Assembly (NCBI GenBank): GCA_965242925.1
Contig: CBDEUM010000014.1
Coordinates: 1 to 64,000, forward strand
Reading direction: 5' to 3'
From: Roseibacillus sp.
Lineage (GTDB): Bacteria > Verrucomicrobiota > Verrucomicrobiia > Verrucomicrobiales > Akkermansiaceae
Length of the DNA stretch: 64,000 nt
Shown here: positions 31,676 to 46,447 of the stretch, in pieces
Numbering within the stretch: position 1 is the stretch's first letter
How the letters are laid out: every line of letters begins with the position of its first letter
The notes under the pieces: model-generated
The model's input: only the letters and a program-made list of their open reading frames with translations
What the model was told of the DNA's origin: nothing
Database searches by the model: none
Position numbers and translations under genes: made by a program

Positions 31676-33166
31676 ATGAATAAACTCCTGCTGTTCGGCA
31701 GCAGTGTCGCGCTTCTCAATCCCCTTGCGCTGGCGCAGAACCCGGAAGAGACCGGCAACCGGAACGCCGACATCTACAAATCGGTCGTCCGCATCGAATC
31801 CGCTACGCAGGTGGCGGATTATCGCACGCCTTGGAACTCCGGGCGTTTCGGAGGGGGCACCGGTTCGGGATTCATGATCGGCCCGAACCAGTTCCTGACC
31901 AACGCACACGTGGTCTCCAATGCGAACCGGGTTCTCATCACCCGGCGCGGCTCGGCCAAGAAGCACCCGGCTCGGGTCGTTCACATCGCCCATGACTGTG
32001 ATCTCGCCCTCCTCGAGGTCGAGGATGACGCCCCCTTCGAAGGACTCCATTACCTCAATTTCGGTGACGTGCCTGCCCTGGAAAGCCAGGTTCGCGTGAT
32101 TGGCTATCCGGTCGGTGGAGATCGCATTTCGGTGACCCGCGGGGTGGTTTCGCGCATTGATTTCCGCCCCTACGCGCACTCCCGCGTAGACTCGCACCTG
32201 GTTGTGCAAATCGACGCCGCCATCAACCCCGGCAACTCCGGTGGTCCGGTCCTGCAGGACAGCAAAGTGGTGGGTGTCGCCTTCCAGGGACTGCGTCAGG
32301 CCGACAACACAGGTTACATGATCCCCACTCCGGTCATTCAGCGCTTCCTCAGGGATATCGGCGACGGCCGCTATGACAAATACGTCGATCTCGGCATCAC
32401 CGAGTTCGCACTCTTCAATCCTGCCATGCGCAAGGCTCTTCAGGTTCCCGAGAACGGACTGGGCGTCATGGTCGCCTCCGTCCTGCCTACCGGACCCTGC
32501 GATGGCGTGATGGAACCCGGTGACGTTCTCCTCTCCATCGACAACAACCCAGTTGACAATGCCGGCAACATCGAGGTGGAGGGGGAAAAGGTCGTCCTGC
32601 ACGAGGTGGTCGAACGCAAGTTCGCAGGCGATGAAGTCAAACTCGAGTTCCTGCGCAGGGGCGAGAAGAAGGATGTCACCGTCACCCTCAAGGCCTTCCC
32701 CCATTCCCGCATTTACGCGGTCCGCTACGGCGAGCGACCCCGCTTCGTCTTCTTCGCCGGCCTGGTCTTCCAGCCCCTCGACTTCAACCTCTACTCCGCC
32801 TACGGCTTCGATAGCCCGCGCGTACGCAAGATCTTCCAGAACTACGTACGGGATGCCCTCTTCAAGGAGCGCGAGGACGTGGTGGTGCTCACCCGGGTGG
32901 AGAGCGATCGCCTGACCTCATTCATCACCGGCTTCAATGGCACAGTAGTGGATGAAATCAACGGTACCAGGGTAAAGGACCTCCGGCATGCTCACGAACT
33001 CCTGTATGCCGCGGACCAGCCCGAGTTCATCACTATCAAGTGCAACGGGGTCGCCCGCCCCATCGTGATTCCTTCGATCGAGGTGGAATCCGCCAACAAA
33101 CGCATCATGCAGCAGAACGGCATCTTCCGTTCCCATTATCTCGGCGACTCCCAACCCCCATCCTGA
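31676..33166 (+). CDS. Deg/HtrA-family serine protease with PDZ domains (active)
   Basis: LTNAHVV, HDCDLA and INPGNSGGP triad; AGLVFQPL second PDZ as in the Deg2/Deg10 type. Confidence 0.92.
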   Translation: MNKLLLFGSSVALLNPLALAQNPEETGNRNADIYKSVVRIESATQVADYRTPWNSGRFGGGTGSGFMIGPNQFLTNAHVVSNANRVLITRRGSAKKHPARVVHIAHDCDLALLEVEDDAPFEGLHYLNFGDVPALESQVRVIGYPVGGDRISVTRGVVSRIDFRPYAHSRVDSHLVVQIDAAINPGNSGGPVLQDSKVVGVAFQGLRQADNTGYMIPTPVIQRFLRDIGDGRYDKYVDLGITEFALFNPAMRKALQVPENGLGVMVASVLPTGPCDGVMEPGDVLLSIDNNPVDNAGNIEVEGEKVVLHEVVERKFAGDEVKLEFLRRGEKKDVTVTLKAFPHSRIYAVRYGERPRFVFFAGLVFQPLDFNLYSAYGFDSPRVRKIFQNYVRDALFKEREDVVVLTRVESDRLTSFITGFNGTVVDEINGTRVKDLRHAHELLYAADQPEFITIKCNGVARPIVIPSIEVESANKRIMQQNGIFRSHYLGDSQPPS

Positions 33167-33168
33167 TC

Positions 33169-34647
33169 ATGTTTCCGCCCCGTCCGCTTTTCTTCTGTCT
33201 CTCCCTTCTGCTTGTCGTGGGAGTCCTCCCTGCCCCGGCCCACGCGGCAGTAAAGGCAAAGGGACTCCTTCGCATCAACACCACCACCCAGACCTACAAC
33301 GTCGCCCAGCCGTGGGAACTCAACCAACCCCAGCGTCGCCGTGGCCTGGGAGCCATTCTTGAGGACGGCAACATTCTCACCACCGGCGAGATGGCCGCCA
33401 ATTCAACCTATATCGAGTTCGAGTCCGCTGACGGCGCCCACACGGTCCCCGCCGAGGTGATCGCCATCGACTATGAAGCCAACCTTGCCCTCCTTGCACC
33501 GGAGAAAGGGGCCAACCGAGAGTGGATCGACAAGCTGGGCACACTCGGCATCAATGGTCCGGCCAAGATAGACGATAAGGTCAACATCTGGCAACTCGAG
33601 GACAACGGCGACGCCATCCGCACCGAAGGCACGGTGCGCTCCGTCGACCTCCTCTCCACCTTCGCAAGCGGCCACTACTTCCTGTGCTACGAAGTGAAGG
33701 CCTCCATGCAGAGTGCCTCCAGCAGCTACACTCTACCGGTCACCCGGGACGGCAGGCTCCTCGGCATCCTCGCCAGCTACAATTCCAAGGACCAGATCAG
33801 CGACGTGGTAGCTCCCGACATCCTGAAGCGCTTTCTCGAAGACATCAGGGACGGCCGGCACGAGGGCTTCCCCTCTCTCGGCATCGCCACCGTGCTCACG
33901 GAGGACCCCCAGTTCCGGAAGTGGCTCGGCCTGGGGGACGAACAGGGAGGGCTCTATGTGAGCCGCGTTCTGCCTGAAAGCGGCGCGGACGAAAGCGGCC
34001 TGAAAAAGGGTGACGTTCTTCTCACTGTGAACGGGCATTCAATCGATCGCCGCGGATATTACGAGGATCCAACTTATGGGCGTCTCGTCTGGAGCCACCT
34101 TGTGCGCGGGTCCGGACAGGTTGGTGACAAACTCGCCCTCCTCATCATGCGCGATGGGAAGGAACAACAGCTGGAGGCTGTCCTCCAGCGTCCGCCCGAC
34201 CATCTCATTCCCAGCCACATGTACGACAAGGCCCCGCCCTATCTCATCAAGGGCGGTCTGGTTTTCCAGGAACTCAACCGCCCCTATCTCGAAGCCTTCG
34301 GCAAGGAATGGCGGAGTCGTGCTCCTCTCGATCTGCTCGATGCGCTCAATAACCCCGAGGACTACGAGGAGGGCCGGAAGCGCCTTGTCTTCCTCAGCCG
34401 CGTCATCCGGACCCCCGCCACCATAGGCTACGACCAGGTCAACAACCTGATCGTCACCGAAGCCAACGGCCAGAAGGTAACAGACATGAAATCCCTCGCC
34501 GCGGCCCTCACAAATCCAAAGAACGGACTTCACTCCATCCGTATTGACGACATCCCCTACGTGATCTACCTCGACCCCGAAGCGAGCGACCTCGTCGACA
34601 AGGCCCTCCTCAAGCGTGGCCTTCCCGCCCTCCAACGCCTGCCCTGA
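33169..34647 (+). CDS. Deg/HtrA-like paralog lacking the catalytic triad
   Basis: Colinear with the upstream protease but LTTGEMA, YEANLA and SASSSYTLP occupy the triad positions; GGLVFQEL PDZ kept. Confidence 0.8.
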   Translation: MFPPRPLFFCLSLLLVVGVLPAPAHAAVKAKGLLRINTTTQTYNVAQPWELNQPQRRRGLGAILEDGNILTTGEMAANSTYIEFESADGAHTVPAEVIAIDYEANLALLAPEKGANREWIDKLGTLGINGPAKIDDKVNIWQLEDNGDAIRTEGTVRSVDLLSTFASGHYFLCYEVKASMQSASSSYTLPVTRDGRLLGILASYNSKDQISDVVAPDILKRFLEDIRDGRHEGFPSLGIATVLTEDPQFRKWLGLGDEQGGLYVSRVLPESGADESGLKKGDVLLTVNGHSIDRRGYYEDPTYGRLVWSHLVRGSGQVGDKLALLIMRDGKEQQLEAVLQRPPDHLIPSHMYDKAPPYLIKGGLVFQELNRPYLEAFGKEWRSRAPLDLLDALNNPEDYEEGRKRLVFLSRVIRTPATIGYDQVNNLIVTEANGQKVTDMKSLAAALTNPKNGLHSIRIDDIPYVIYLDPEASDLVDKALLKRGLPALQRLP

Positions 34648-34687
34648 GCATACGTCGCCGCCAACACGTGCTTCATTTCTTCCTCCC

Positions 34688-35152
34688 TTAGCGACTCATC
34701 TCCTCCTGGGTCACGATCTTCACCCCGGCGCTGTGAAGCACGGACTGGGCGAATTCGACATCCTCTACATGCAGGGCCACCATCGTCCGCCCCTCCGGGT
34801 GAGGCAGCAGGGTGTAGACGAAGTCGACGTTGGTTTCCGCCATCCGCAGTTCATGCAGACACTTCTGGAACTCTTCCGCGGCATGCAGCAGGGCCACCAC
34901 CACCAGGTTCGCCGTGGTGTGGGGGATACCTTTCTCCAGGAAGATCTGCTGGGTTGATTCAGGATCGCTGGTCACAATGCGTGCCACCGTGGCATCGCGG
35001 GAATCCTGCACGCTGAATCCCAGCAGTTCCACCCGCGATTGATGCAGGAGCTGAATGAGAGCTTCCAGCGATCCGGCCCGATTCTGCAGGAAAACGGAGA
35101 ATTGCAGAACAGGCACGCCCATCGGCGCAATGGCATCAGAAGCGTCCCCCAT
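34688..35152 (-). CDS. ACT-domain protein (Bt0572-like)
   Basis: QFSVFLQNRAGSL...; NVDFVYTLL tandem ACT pattern. Confidence 0.8.
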   Translation of the reverse strand: MGDASDAIAPMGVPVLQFSVFLQNRAGSLEALIQLLHQSRVELLGFSVQDSRDATVARIVTSDPESTQQIFLEKGIPHTTANLVVVALLHAAEEFQKCLHELRMAETNVDFVYTLLPHPEGRTMVALHVEDVEFAQSVLHSAGVKIVTQEEMSR

Positions 35153-35192
35153 CAACGTCTGTTAGAACACAGATAACACTTCTTCTCAACCG

Positions 35193-35669
35193 CTATTGCG
35201 TCCGATCCCTCAAGTTTCGGAGTCCACACAACACACATTCGCCATTCTTCACCTTCCACGCCACATCAAGATCAAAGATCCGCAGGAAGCAGGTGCGCTC
35301 CTGTTTTTCGTGGAAAGCCGGACGGGCATCAAGGTTGAGCGTCTCCAGGATCACCTCCCGCTGTTCCTCGGAAATTTTCGAGAACGTCCCACTGGCCTCT
35401 TCCGACACCCGGACCGGCAACCGCTCCGGGGCCTCCGTTGCCACCCCGGACCAGGCGCCGGGAATCAGGTCCACGCAGGGAAGATAGGGCTTCACATCAA
35501 GCCCCACCGTACCATCCACCAGGTCTATCCCCGAAACGACAAGGGCGGATCCACCCCCCTCCCGGTCGAACCCGTGAAATCTGCAGGCTGAAATCCCGAT
35601 CCGGTTGGACCGGAAAGGGGACCGGGTCGCGAAAACACCCAGCTTCTCGTTCCCTCCCAGGCGAGGAGG
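35193..35669 (-). pseudogene. trmO: 5'-truncated tRNA m6t6A37 methyltransferase TrmO (TsaA) remnant
   Basis: Frame reads PPRLGGNEKLGVFATRSPFRSNRIGIS...SGIDLVDGTVGLDVKPYLP; an in-frame TGA lies five codons upstream and the N-terminal part is absent. Confidence 0.75.
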
Positions 35670-35727
35670 ACCTCCTCTCCGGCATCAGGAGGAGCAGCTG
35701 AAAAACGGAAGACTGCCTGGCTGACTG

Positions 35728-36456
35728 CTACTTCAGCACCTTCAGACGGATGTCCTTGTAGTGCACGATCATTCCGGGGTCGTGCAACTGGAGCTGGATC
35801 ATGCCACTGTGCAGACGTTTCTCCTCGGGAAGATGCTCAACAAATTCGGCTGAAGGCTTGCCGTTGAGGAAAAACTGAAACCTGTTCCCTTTTATGATGA
35901 TGTGCAACTCGTTCCAGCCTCCCTTGTTGATATCCTTTGCAGTGACTGCATCCTTGAGGGGCGTGATGGTGGGCTGGTCATCCTTGTCGATGACCAGACT
36001 GTCCCCCCGGAAGCAACGATGCTCCCGGCGGCCCGGGGTGTGGAAATCCCATGCCCCCAGGACTTGCCCCCCAATGCCCACGTGTCCGATATCCGCGTGA
36101 TAGCCCTGGAACTTACGACGACCTGTCTTGTCTACCCTGGACCGGATGTTGACTCCGCTGTTCCCCTTGCCCGGAAAGCGGTAGAGAAACTTGAGTTCAA
36201 AATCAGCAAGGTTCCTGTTTCTGCTGTAGACGAGATATCCGCGACCCTTGTCACCCTCCCCGACAATCATACCGTCCGCCACACTCCATGCCTTCTTCTT
36301 CACACTGGGCATCTCCTCCCATCCGTCGAGCGTCTTGCCGTCGAAGATCGCTTTGAAGCCGTCATCTTTTTTCCCTGGAGCCTGGTCGCCGAAGAGCGTT
36401 CCCGCTGCGCCAAGGACAACCATGCCAACGAGAGTGAGGAGAGAGCTGCGTATCAT
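35728..36456 (-). CDS. DUF1080 protein
   Basis: IFDGKTLDGW, GNSGVNIR, GMIQLQLHD; signal peptide. Confidence 0.88.
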   Translation of the reverse strand: MIRSSLLTLVGMVVLGAAGTLFGDQAPGKKDDGFKAIFDGKTLDGWEEMPSVKKKAWSVADGMIVGEGDKGRGYLVYSRNRNLADFELKFLYRFPGKGNSGVNIRSRVDKTGRRKFQGYHADIGHVGIGGQVLGAWDFHTPGRREHRCFRGDSLVIDKDDQPTITPLKDAVTAKDINKGGWNELHIIIKGNRFQFFLNGKPSAEFVEHLPEEKRLHSGMIQLQLHDPGMIVHYKDIRLKVLK

Positions 36457-36607
36457 AGGTTATTGATGACACACCGCTCGCCGCCTGTGTCAAGAGTATG
36501 CAGATCGGATCACGGCAGGGCCGCTGCCGGCCCATGCCATCATCAGGGGGAGGTCAAAAGAGGGAACACCGGAAATCCGCCGGTAGTGGAGATTCCATCG
36601 TCTCCAG

Positions 36608-36976
36608 TCACCCTTTCGAAAATTCACCCGCTCGGAACAGCAAAATCCCCCACCCCACCAGAAACGCGACGCCCCCGAGCGGAGTGACCATTCCCAGTAT
36701 GGTAAAATTGGTTAGCGAGAGGACGTAGAGCGATCCGGAAAAGAGCACCGTCCCCCCGGCAAAGGAGAAACAAGCCACTCGGGACGGAGCCGGGAGGAGG
36801 CCCAGAACCAGCAGGGCCAGGGCATGCACGAGATTATAGAGCACCGCGGTTTCCCACGTGTCTGTACGTTCGTTCGTCACCAGGAGATCATTCAGGCCAT
36901 GGGCCCCAAATGCCCCGAGAGCGACTCCAAGGAAGCCGAAGCAGGCCCCGAGGCGGATGACGGTGGATCGATTCAA
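36608..36976 (-). CDS. DUF423 (YgdD/TMEM256) membrane protein
   Basis: GVALGAFGAHGL, W.TAV.Y..VH, FSGSLYVL, TPLGG; TTG start inferred. Confidence 0.88.
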   Translation of the reverse strand: MNRSTVIRLGACFGFLGVALGAFGAHGLNDLLVTNERTDTWETAVLYNLVHALALLVLGLLPAPSRVACFSFAGGTVLFSGSLYVLSLTNFTILGMVTPLGGVAFLVGWGILLFRAGEFSKG

Positions 36977-37159
36977 AATCCAATTAAGCGGCGATGGCCC
37001 CGGGACTGAGGAACGGTCCCTCTCAGACCGGGCTTCAGGAGCCCGGGTTGTTCCCTCCCCATGTCCGTGCCGAAGCAACCTACCGGCCTACCGTCCGGGA
37101 CGCGACCTTTATTCACGCTCATTCCCCAGCGCTGCAGGGTAAAAGCCGATGAGAAGATC

Positions 37160-37196
37160 AAAAAAAGCCCGGCTCCTTCTTTCGAAGAAGCCGGGC
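37160..37196 (-). terminator. Rho-independent terminator of the rRNA operon
   Basis: Minus strand GCCCGGCT...AGCCGGGC hairpin followed by T7, just downstream of 5S. Confidence 0.85.
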
Positions 37197-37200
37197 AAAT

Positions 37201-37316
37201 ACCTGGCAACGACCTACTCTCGCGGGGCCTTTCGCCCAACTACCATCGGCGCGGCAACGTTTCACTTCCGGGTTCGGAATGGGACCGGGTGGTTCCATTA
37301 CGCTCTGGTCACCAGA
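37201..37316 (-). rRNA. rrf: 5S rRNA
   Basis: Reverse complement contains CCCATTCCGAACCCGGAAGTGAA...GCCGATGGTAGT...GAGAGTAGGTCGTTGCCAGG. Confidence 0.95.
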
Positions 37317-37477
37317 GGCCGGGTGTTGCGTGGGTATTCACCCAGCACACGGCCTCCAGTTACCATCGCGTCAGCCGCTCCCTGACATCCATGTGAAGAA
37401 TTCGATCATTTGCTCTGCGTCCCGATCTCTTTGACCTAGTCCGTCTTGGTCCTTGAAATTCCCGATCTCGAGAGAGA

Positions 37478-40311
<2,834 letters not shown>

Positions 40312-40726
40312 CTGTTCTCGAAATCAGCTAACGACGCAGGTGCTTAACTCCTGCATCGTAAGTCGAAACCGGCTTACTCCCACCGTGGTGGGAACCGGTT
40401 TCATAATTTTGCCGTATGGCCCCACATCCGAAAATCAGATGCAGGACATACTAAAAAGGTCGAGTCATTCCAAGGACTGCAAGACAGACTCAGTTGATTT
40501 GAATTGTCTATAACTCAAATCGATCAGATCGATTCGATTGCAGAACTTTAGAAAGAATCTTCACATGGATGTCAAAGAGCGGCCGAAATCTGCCTGGGGG
40601 TATTGTTGATCCTGAGGCGGAAGCACTGCCATCCGAAGATCGCCTGGCAAGGCTGAAGGCCGAAAGGCCCCGCTTTGCCCGCGAACGACGAGAAGCATTC
40701 TTCATTCTCATTACTTGAGCGAAGAA

Positions 40727-40803
40727 TGGTGGGCCAGGTTGGACTTGAACCAACGACCCCGCGCTTATCAAGCGCGTGCTCTAACCAACTGAGCTACAGG
40801 CCC
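40727..40803 (-). tRNA. tRNA-Ile(GAT)
   Basis: GGGCCTGTAGCTCAGTTGGTTAGAGC...TTGATAA...GGTTCAAGTCC...CCCACCA; CCA encoded. Confidence 0.97.
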
Positions 40804-40933
40804 GTTTTTGGTGACCGGTCGTCAGTGGCCGGTTGGTTGCCCGTCTGTCTACCTGACTTGCCATTCGAAGCTTGAGAGGAGAAGCAGGTGAAATGAATCG
40901 CCCTTCTCCGCTTTCGTTTCCTCAAGCACAGAA

Positions 40934-41006
40934 TGGAGGCAAGGAGACTCGAACTCCTGACATCCTGCTTGCAAAGCAGGCGCTCTACCAACTGAGCTAT
41001 GCCCCC
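40934..41006 (-). tRNA. tRNA-Ala(TGC), CCA not encoded
   Basis: GGGGGCATAGCTCAGTTGGTAGAGC...TTTGCAA...GTTCGAGTC...GCCTCCA followed by TTC; G3:U70 pair present. Confidence 0.96.
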
Positions 41007-41192
41007 TCATGATTGGATCGTGGAAAGATAAGAGCTAAATTGTGCGCTGCCTGACGGCTCGCTGACACACAGGTAAAAGATCGAGTATTAAAGGTTGCCT
41101 TCGCTTTCGCTCCAGCGGTGCCGACCAACAGGTTCATCCCATTGGCGACGGCATCGACCTACGCCCCCGGTTGAATTGGGGGCATTACTCCG

Positions 41193-42737
<1,545 letters not shown>

Positions 42738-42935
42738 ATTTTGATCGGCTTGATCGCTGTTCAAAGCAATTGCCAAAATTGACCTGCCGTGGAGTCGTGA
42801 AACTCCCCGGCCCTGCGCGTCGGTGAAACCAATCACGCAGCACACAATTTAGCTTTATCTTCCCATCCCGCGAATCTGATCGAGGGTGGCACGGAATGTG
42901 CAACCAACGAGTGCGCAGACGCACGGGACCAATAC

Positions 42936-42947
42936 TGTAAAAGAGCT
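42936..42947 (-). promoter_or_regulatory. boxA antitermination element in the rrn leader
   Basis: AGCTCTTTTACA versus consensus TGCTCTTTAACA; a second copy CGCTCTTTGACA lies in the ITS at about 40570-40581. Confidence 0.6.
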
Positions 42948-43030
42948 TTCTTCCGTGGGGACGAAAAAGCCGACCGGACTTTCGTCGCGATCGACCTTTT
43001 GGTTGTCTCTCACGTGCCGCTTCGCGCGGC

Positions 43031-43097
43031 GGGCGGGACCATAGCCGCAAGAATTAGGGCGTCAACTGGTTTCCGTGTTTTTTTGGATGTTTTTTTC
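43031..43097 (-). promoter_or_regulatory. rRNA P1-like promoter
   Basis: A-tract UP element, TTGACG-N16-TATGGT, GC-rich discriminator CCCGCCC. Confidence 0.75.
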
Positions 43098-43393
43098 GGG
43101 GCCACCGCGAGTTAGTCAATTTCCCTTGTATTTAAAGCTCAACCCGAGCCGCCACCTTCCTGCAACGCGGGTTCGACTATCCTGCACTGCATTTCAGCTC
43201 CGCGTCCATCTCCAGCTTCACTACCAATCCGCCCCCCTCCCGGTTGCTCGCCCCAATGCACCCTCCCAATCCTTCCCCCCACGTCTTCGCGATCGCTGGT
43301 CCCAGCCCCCGGACCCGGCAACACGATAGGATTCCCCAAATACGTCGCGGGGGAAATTGAACAGAGCCCCGCAACATTGTAGTGTTTGGCCGA

Positions 43394-46300
43394 ATGGAGG
43401 GGCACACAGGACACGATTCCCCGGTACACGGCTCCTTTGCAGCGCCGGATTGTCCCACGCTCAATGCGCTTCTACCGGCCTTCCTGTTCCACGAACTGAT
43501 CGGCTGCGGGGACAGGGGAGCCGTCTACCGCGCCCAACAGATTTCCCTCAGCCGGGACGTCGCCATCAAGGTGCTCCCTCCCGAACTCTCCGCTATCGAA
43601 TCCTTCGCCCGGAGTTTCAAGGTGGAAGCCCGCGCCATGGCCAAACTCATCCACCCCAACCTGATCGGGATCTACGACTTCGGAGAGGTGGCCGGCATGC
43701 TCTACCTCGTGATGGAGTTCATCGACGGCAACGTCCTCCATCGCTCCACCAAGGGCAGGAAAGTCGAACCTGTCCAAGCCGCCGAGATCGTGGAGGGAGT
43801 GGCCCGCGGACTCGGGGAAGCCCACCAGCACGCCCTCCTCCACCGCGACATCAAGCCGGCCAGCATCCTGGTCACCCGCAAACTCAAACCAGTTCTGGGT
43901 GACTTCGGACTGGCCGGGCGGGCCGACGACATGGGCCCCGGCATGAAAACGGGAACCCCCGGCTACGTGGCCCCCGAAGTCCTGCACGATTCCGCATCTG
44001 CCAGCCCTGCTTCCGACGTCTACTCGTTGGGCATCATCCTGCACGAACTGGTGACCGGTGTCGCGCCTTCCCTGGAAACGCCTGCCGACCTCTCCCTTGT
44101 TCCCGACCTCCGCGGATTGCCTGAACTCGTGGGCCGGACCCTCGCACCTGATCCCCTCGAACGACCCGCAGACGGGAAGGCCTTTGCCCACGAACTGGAG
44201 ACCTGGCTGGAGGCCGCCCGCCAGACCCGCGTTCCCCTTCTCACCCCCGTCACCCCGGGGCGGCCGTCTTCCTCCATCCTCAAAGCTCCTGCAATCCCCT
44301 CCTCCAGGTCCCGCCAGGGTCTCTCACCTCTCCTCCTTGCGCTGGTGGGGTTGATCATCGTGGCTGCGGTTGTCTTCGCGCTCACCGGAGGCAAGGGACG
44401 CACTGACCTGACACACAATGAAGCCGGCAACCCAGGAGCAAGTGGTTCATCCCGCAACCTCGCTCCCCCCGCGCCCGTCCCGGATGTTTCCACTCCCCAT
44501 CCCTCCTTCCACCTGAGAGCCCACAAGTCCGAGATGCGCAATTCCCTCATCAGCGCCGCAAACGATCTGGTGGTGGCCCGACAGCGCAACGTGGTTGGGT
44601 TCCAGCAGGAGGTGGTCGGCAAGGAACAGGCCTGGCAACCTTACCTCTCCCTCATTGATCACGGGCTCGGCCTGCTGCCCCGCTATCTTTCTCCGGAAAC
44701 GAAGATCGCCCTGGATGCCACCATGGTGGATCTCCTCAACCGCTACGCCTTCGACCACCAGAGACAACTCGAATACCAGCATGCCAACAAGGTGAAGCAA
44801 CTTCACCAGGAGAGTGTCGATACCCTGCGCCGGGAAAACGCCCTTCCGGGAAACAGGCTCTTCGAAAGCGAGATCCACTGGATCGAATGGCTGGGTGCCA
44901 GTCCCTTCAAGCTCCTGGCCCGTCCTCCCGATGAAGAGTGGGTCCTGCGCTTCGGACCCGCCGACGCCCGGGCCGTTCATCTATTCTTTGAAGGAGGTTC
45001 AACCGTCCGGCTACTCGACGGCGAAGAGCAGGCAAAGGGAACCTTCTCCACCACCGAGGACGGTGAATTGCACATCGTCCGCCCGGGGGATTCGGGAAGT
45101 TTGACCCTTCGCTGGCGCGAGCCGTGGCTCGAGGGACGGAACCAGAAGGGACAGAAGGTGCGCTTCCGGCGGCGAAACTTCACCTTTGAGGTGAAGGGGC
45201 AGAGCAACCCCCGGAACACCGCCCACCCCGACCCGCAGGATTCGCCCCGCCGCCCTGCCCCCACCGAGCCTGTCCCCAGGGATCCCCAACTGGCCCGCCT
45301 CCAGCAACAATATCGCAAAACCCTCCAAACCCGGCTGGCTACCTGGTTCAGCTCTTATGACAAACGCATCGGGCAGCTCCTTGAGCAGGCCGGGAAAGGC
45401 TCCGACAACCCCACGGTCAAACATCTCGGAGAGGAACGGGAACGCATCGCTGCACTCGAGTGGCAGCGCGGCTACCTCGCCCCCCACGCCATTATCAGCA
45501 GCAGCTTCGTGCCTCCCGAACTGAGGAGCCCAAAGACCCAGTTGCAGGCCGAGGTCGTCTCCACCCTGATCGAGATGCAGGAGACCTATCGCACCTTCCT
45601 CCTGAAACTCCAGCGCAGCCGTCTCAATGCCAATGCCAATACCGATGAAATCGACAGGGAACTGGGACCCTTCCTGACCCTTCGAAAGATCGACCTCGAA
45701 GACGTCTACAACGCCCAACCGGACAGCAGGACCTGGATCGGGAGCACTGCCAGCCAGATCGCTCCTGCCTTTACCGGCTACCGCTCGCTCCGCGGGATGA
45801 AATACGATATCGGCGGGATCCTGCAGCTCAACTCCGGCATTTACCCCGAGTCCAATTCCCGCCTCAGGGGCAAGGACATGAATGCCTACTATGGCCGGAA
45901 GTGGCCCACCGCCGTGAACGACATTCCGGTCTACCAGAAGGCCGGAGCGCTCTATCTTGTGGGAGGGTTGATCTGGAGTTACTGGGAAGAGACCGGGACC
46001 AAGGTGGCCCAGGTCACCCTCAACTATCTCGACGGAAGCAGTTCCAAGCCCTTCCCCCTGCTCTACCGTCACCATATCGCCGACTGGTATTCCTCACGGG
46101 ATATCCCCGGAGCCGACCGCATCTGGCGGGGCAAGCGGCGCGATAGCGGAAACCACCCGGCCATCTACGAGATCGAGATCCCCAATCCCCAGCCAAAGAA
46201 AGCCATCAAGTCGATCGGTATCGAGTCAGGACACCGCGCCGCCGGGCCATTCGTGCTGGGTATCACGCTGGGGGAGACCTTTCTAACCGGAGAAGGTACC

Positions 46301-46447
46301 CGGGCAACCACGCCCGGCACACCGGGAGAATCGCCCATGCAGCAGGCTGACCGGAAACTTGAGGAGCGTATTGAAAGAGAGAAGGGGGAGAGGGACCGCA
46401 GACAGCGGGAGGAGGCCAGACGCAGACGCGAGGGACTGGGGAAGTAA
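43394..46447 (+). CDS. Membrane Hanks-type Ser/Thr kinase-like protein with a large extracytoplasmic region
   Basis: VAIK, HRDIKPAS, DFG, GTPGYVAPE, SDVYSLG; one TM helix. Confidence 0.85.
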   Translation: MEGHTGHDSPVHGSFAAPDCPTLNALLPAFLFHELIGCGDRGAVYRAQQISLSRDVAIKVLPPELSAIESFARSFKVEARAMAKLIHPNLIGIYDFGEVAGMLYLVMEFIDGNVLHRSTKGRKVEPVQAAEIVEGVARGLGEAHQHALLHRDIKPASILVTRKLKPVLGDFGLAGRADDMGPGMKTGTPGYVAPEVLHDSASASPASDVYSLGIILHELVTGVAPSLETPADLSLVPDLRGLPELVGRTLAPDPLERPADGKAFAHELETWLEAARQTRVPLLTPVTPGRPSSSILKAPAIPSSRSRQGLSPLLLALVGLIIVAAVVFALTGGKGRTDLTHNEAGNPGASGSSRNLAPPAPVPDVSTPHPSFHLRAHKSEMRNSLISAANDLVVARQRNVVGFQQEVVGKEQAWQPYLSLIDHGLGLLPRYLSPETKIALDATMVDLLNRYAFDHQRQLEYQHANKVKQLHQESVDTLRRENALPGNRLFESEIHWIEWLGASPFKLLARPPDEEWVLRFGPADARAVHLFFEGGSTVRLLDGEEQAKGTFSTTEDGELHIVRPGDSGSLTLRWREPWLEGRNQKGQKVRFRRRNFTFEVKGQSNPRNTAHPDPQDSPRRPAPTEPVPRDPQLARLQQQYRKTLQTRLATWFSSYDKRIGQLLEQAGKGSDNPTVKHLGEERERIAALEWQRGYLAPHAIISSSFVPPELRSPKTQLQAEVVSTLIEMQETYRTFLLKLQRSRLNANANTDEIDRELGPFLTLRKIDLEDVYNAQPDSRTWIGSTASQIAPAFTGYRSLRGMKYDIGGILQLNSGIYPESNSRLRGKDMNAYYGRKWPTAVNDIPVYQKAGALYLVGGLIWSYWEETGTKVAQVTLNYLDGSSSKPFPLLYRHHIADWYSSRDIPGADRIWRGKRRDSGNHPAIYEIEIPNPQPKKAIKSIGIESGHRAAGPFVLGITLGETFLTGEGTRATTPGTPGESPMQQADRKLEERIEREKGERDRRQREEARRRREGLGK

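Noticed and set aside
36990..37140. GC hairpins upstream of the DUF423 gene
   Set aside because: No recognisable ncRNA family, and hairpins are expected at this GC content
42887..42902. TGGCAC-N5-GTGCA sigma54-like site on the + strand
   Set aside because: It lies antisense in the rRNA leader about 490 bp from the next gene; likely chance
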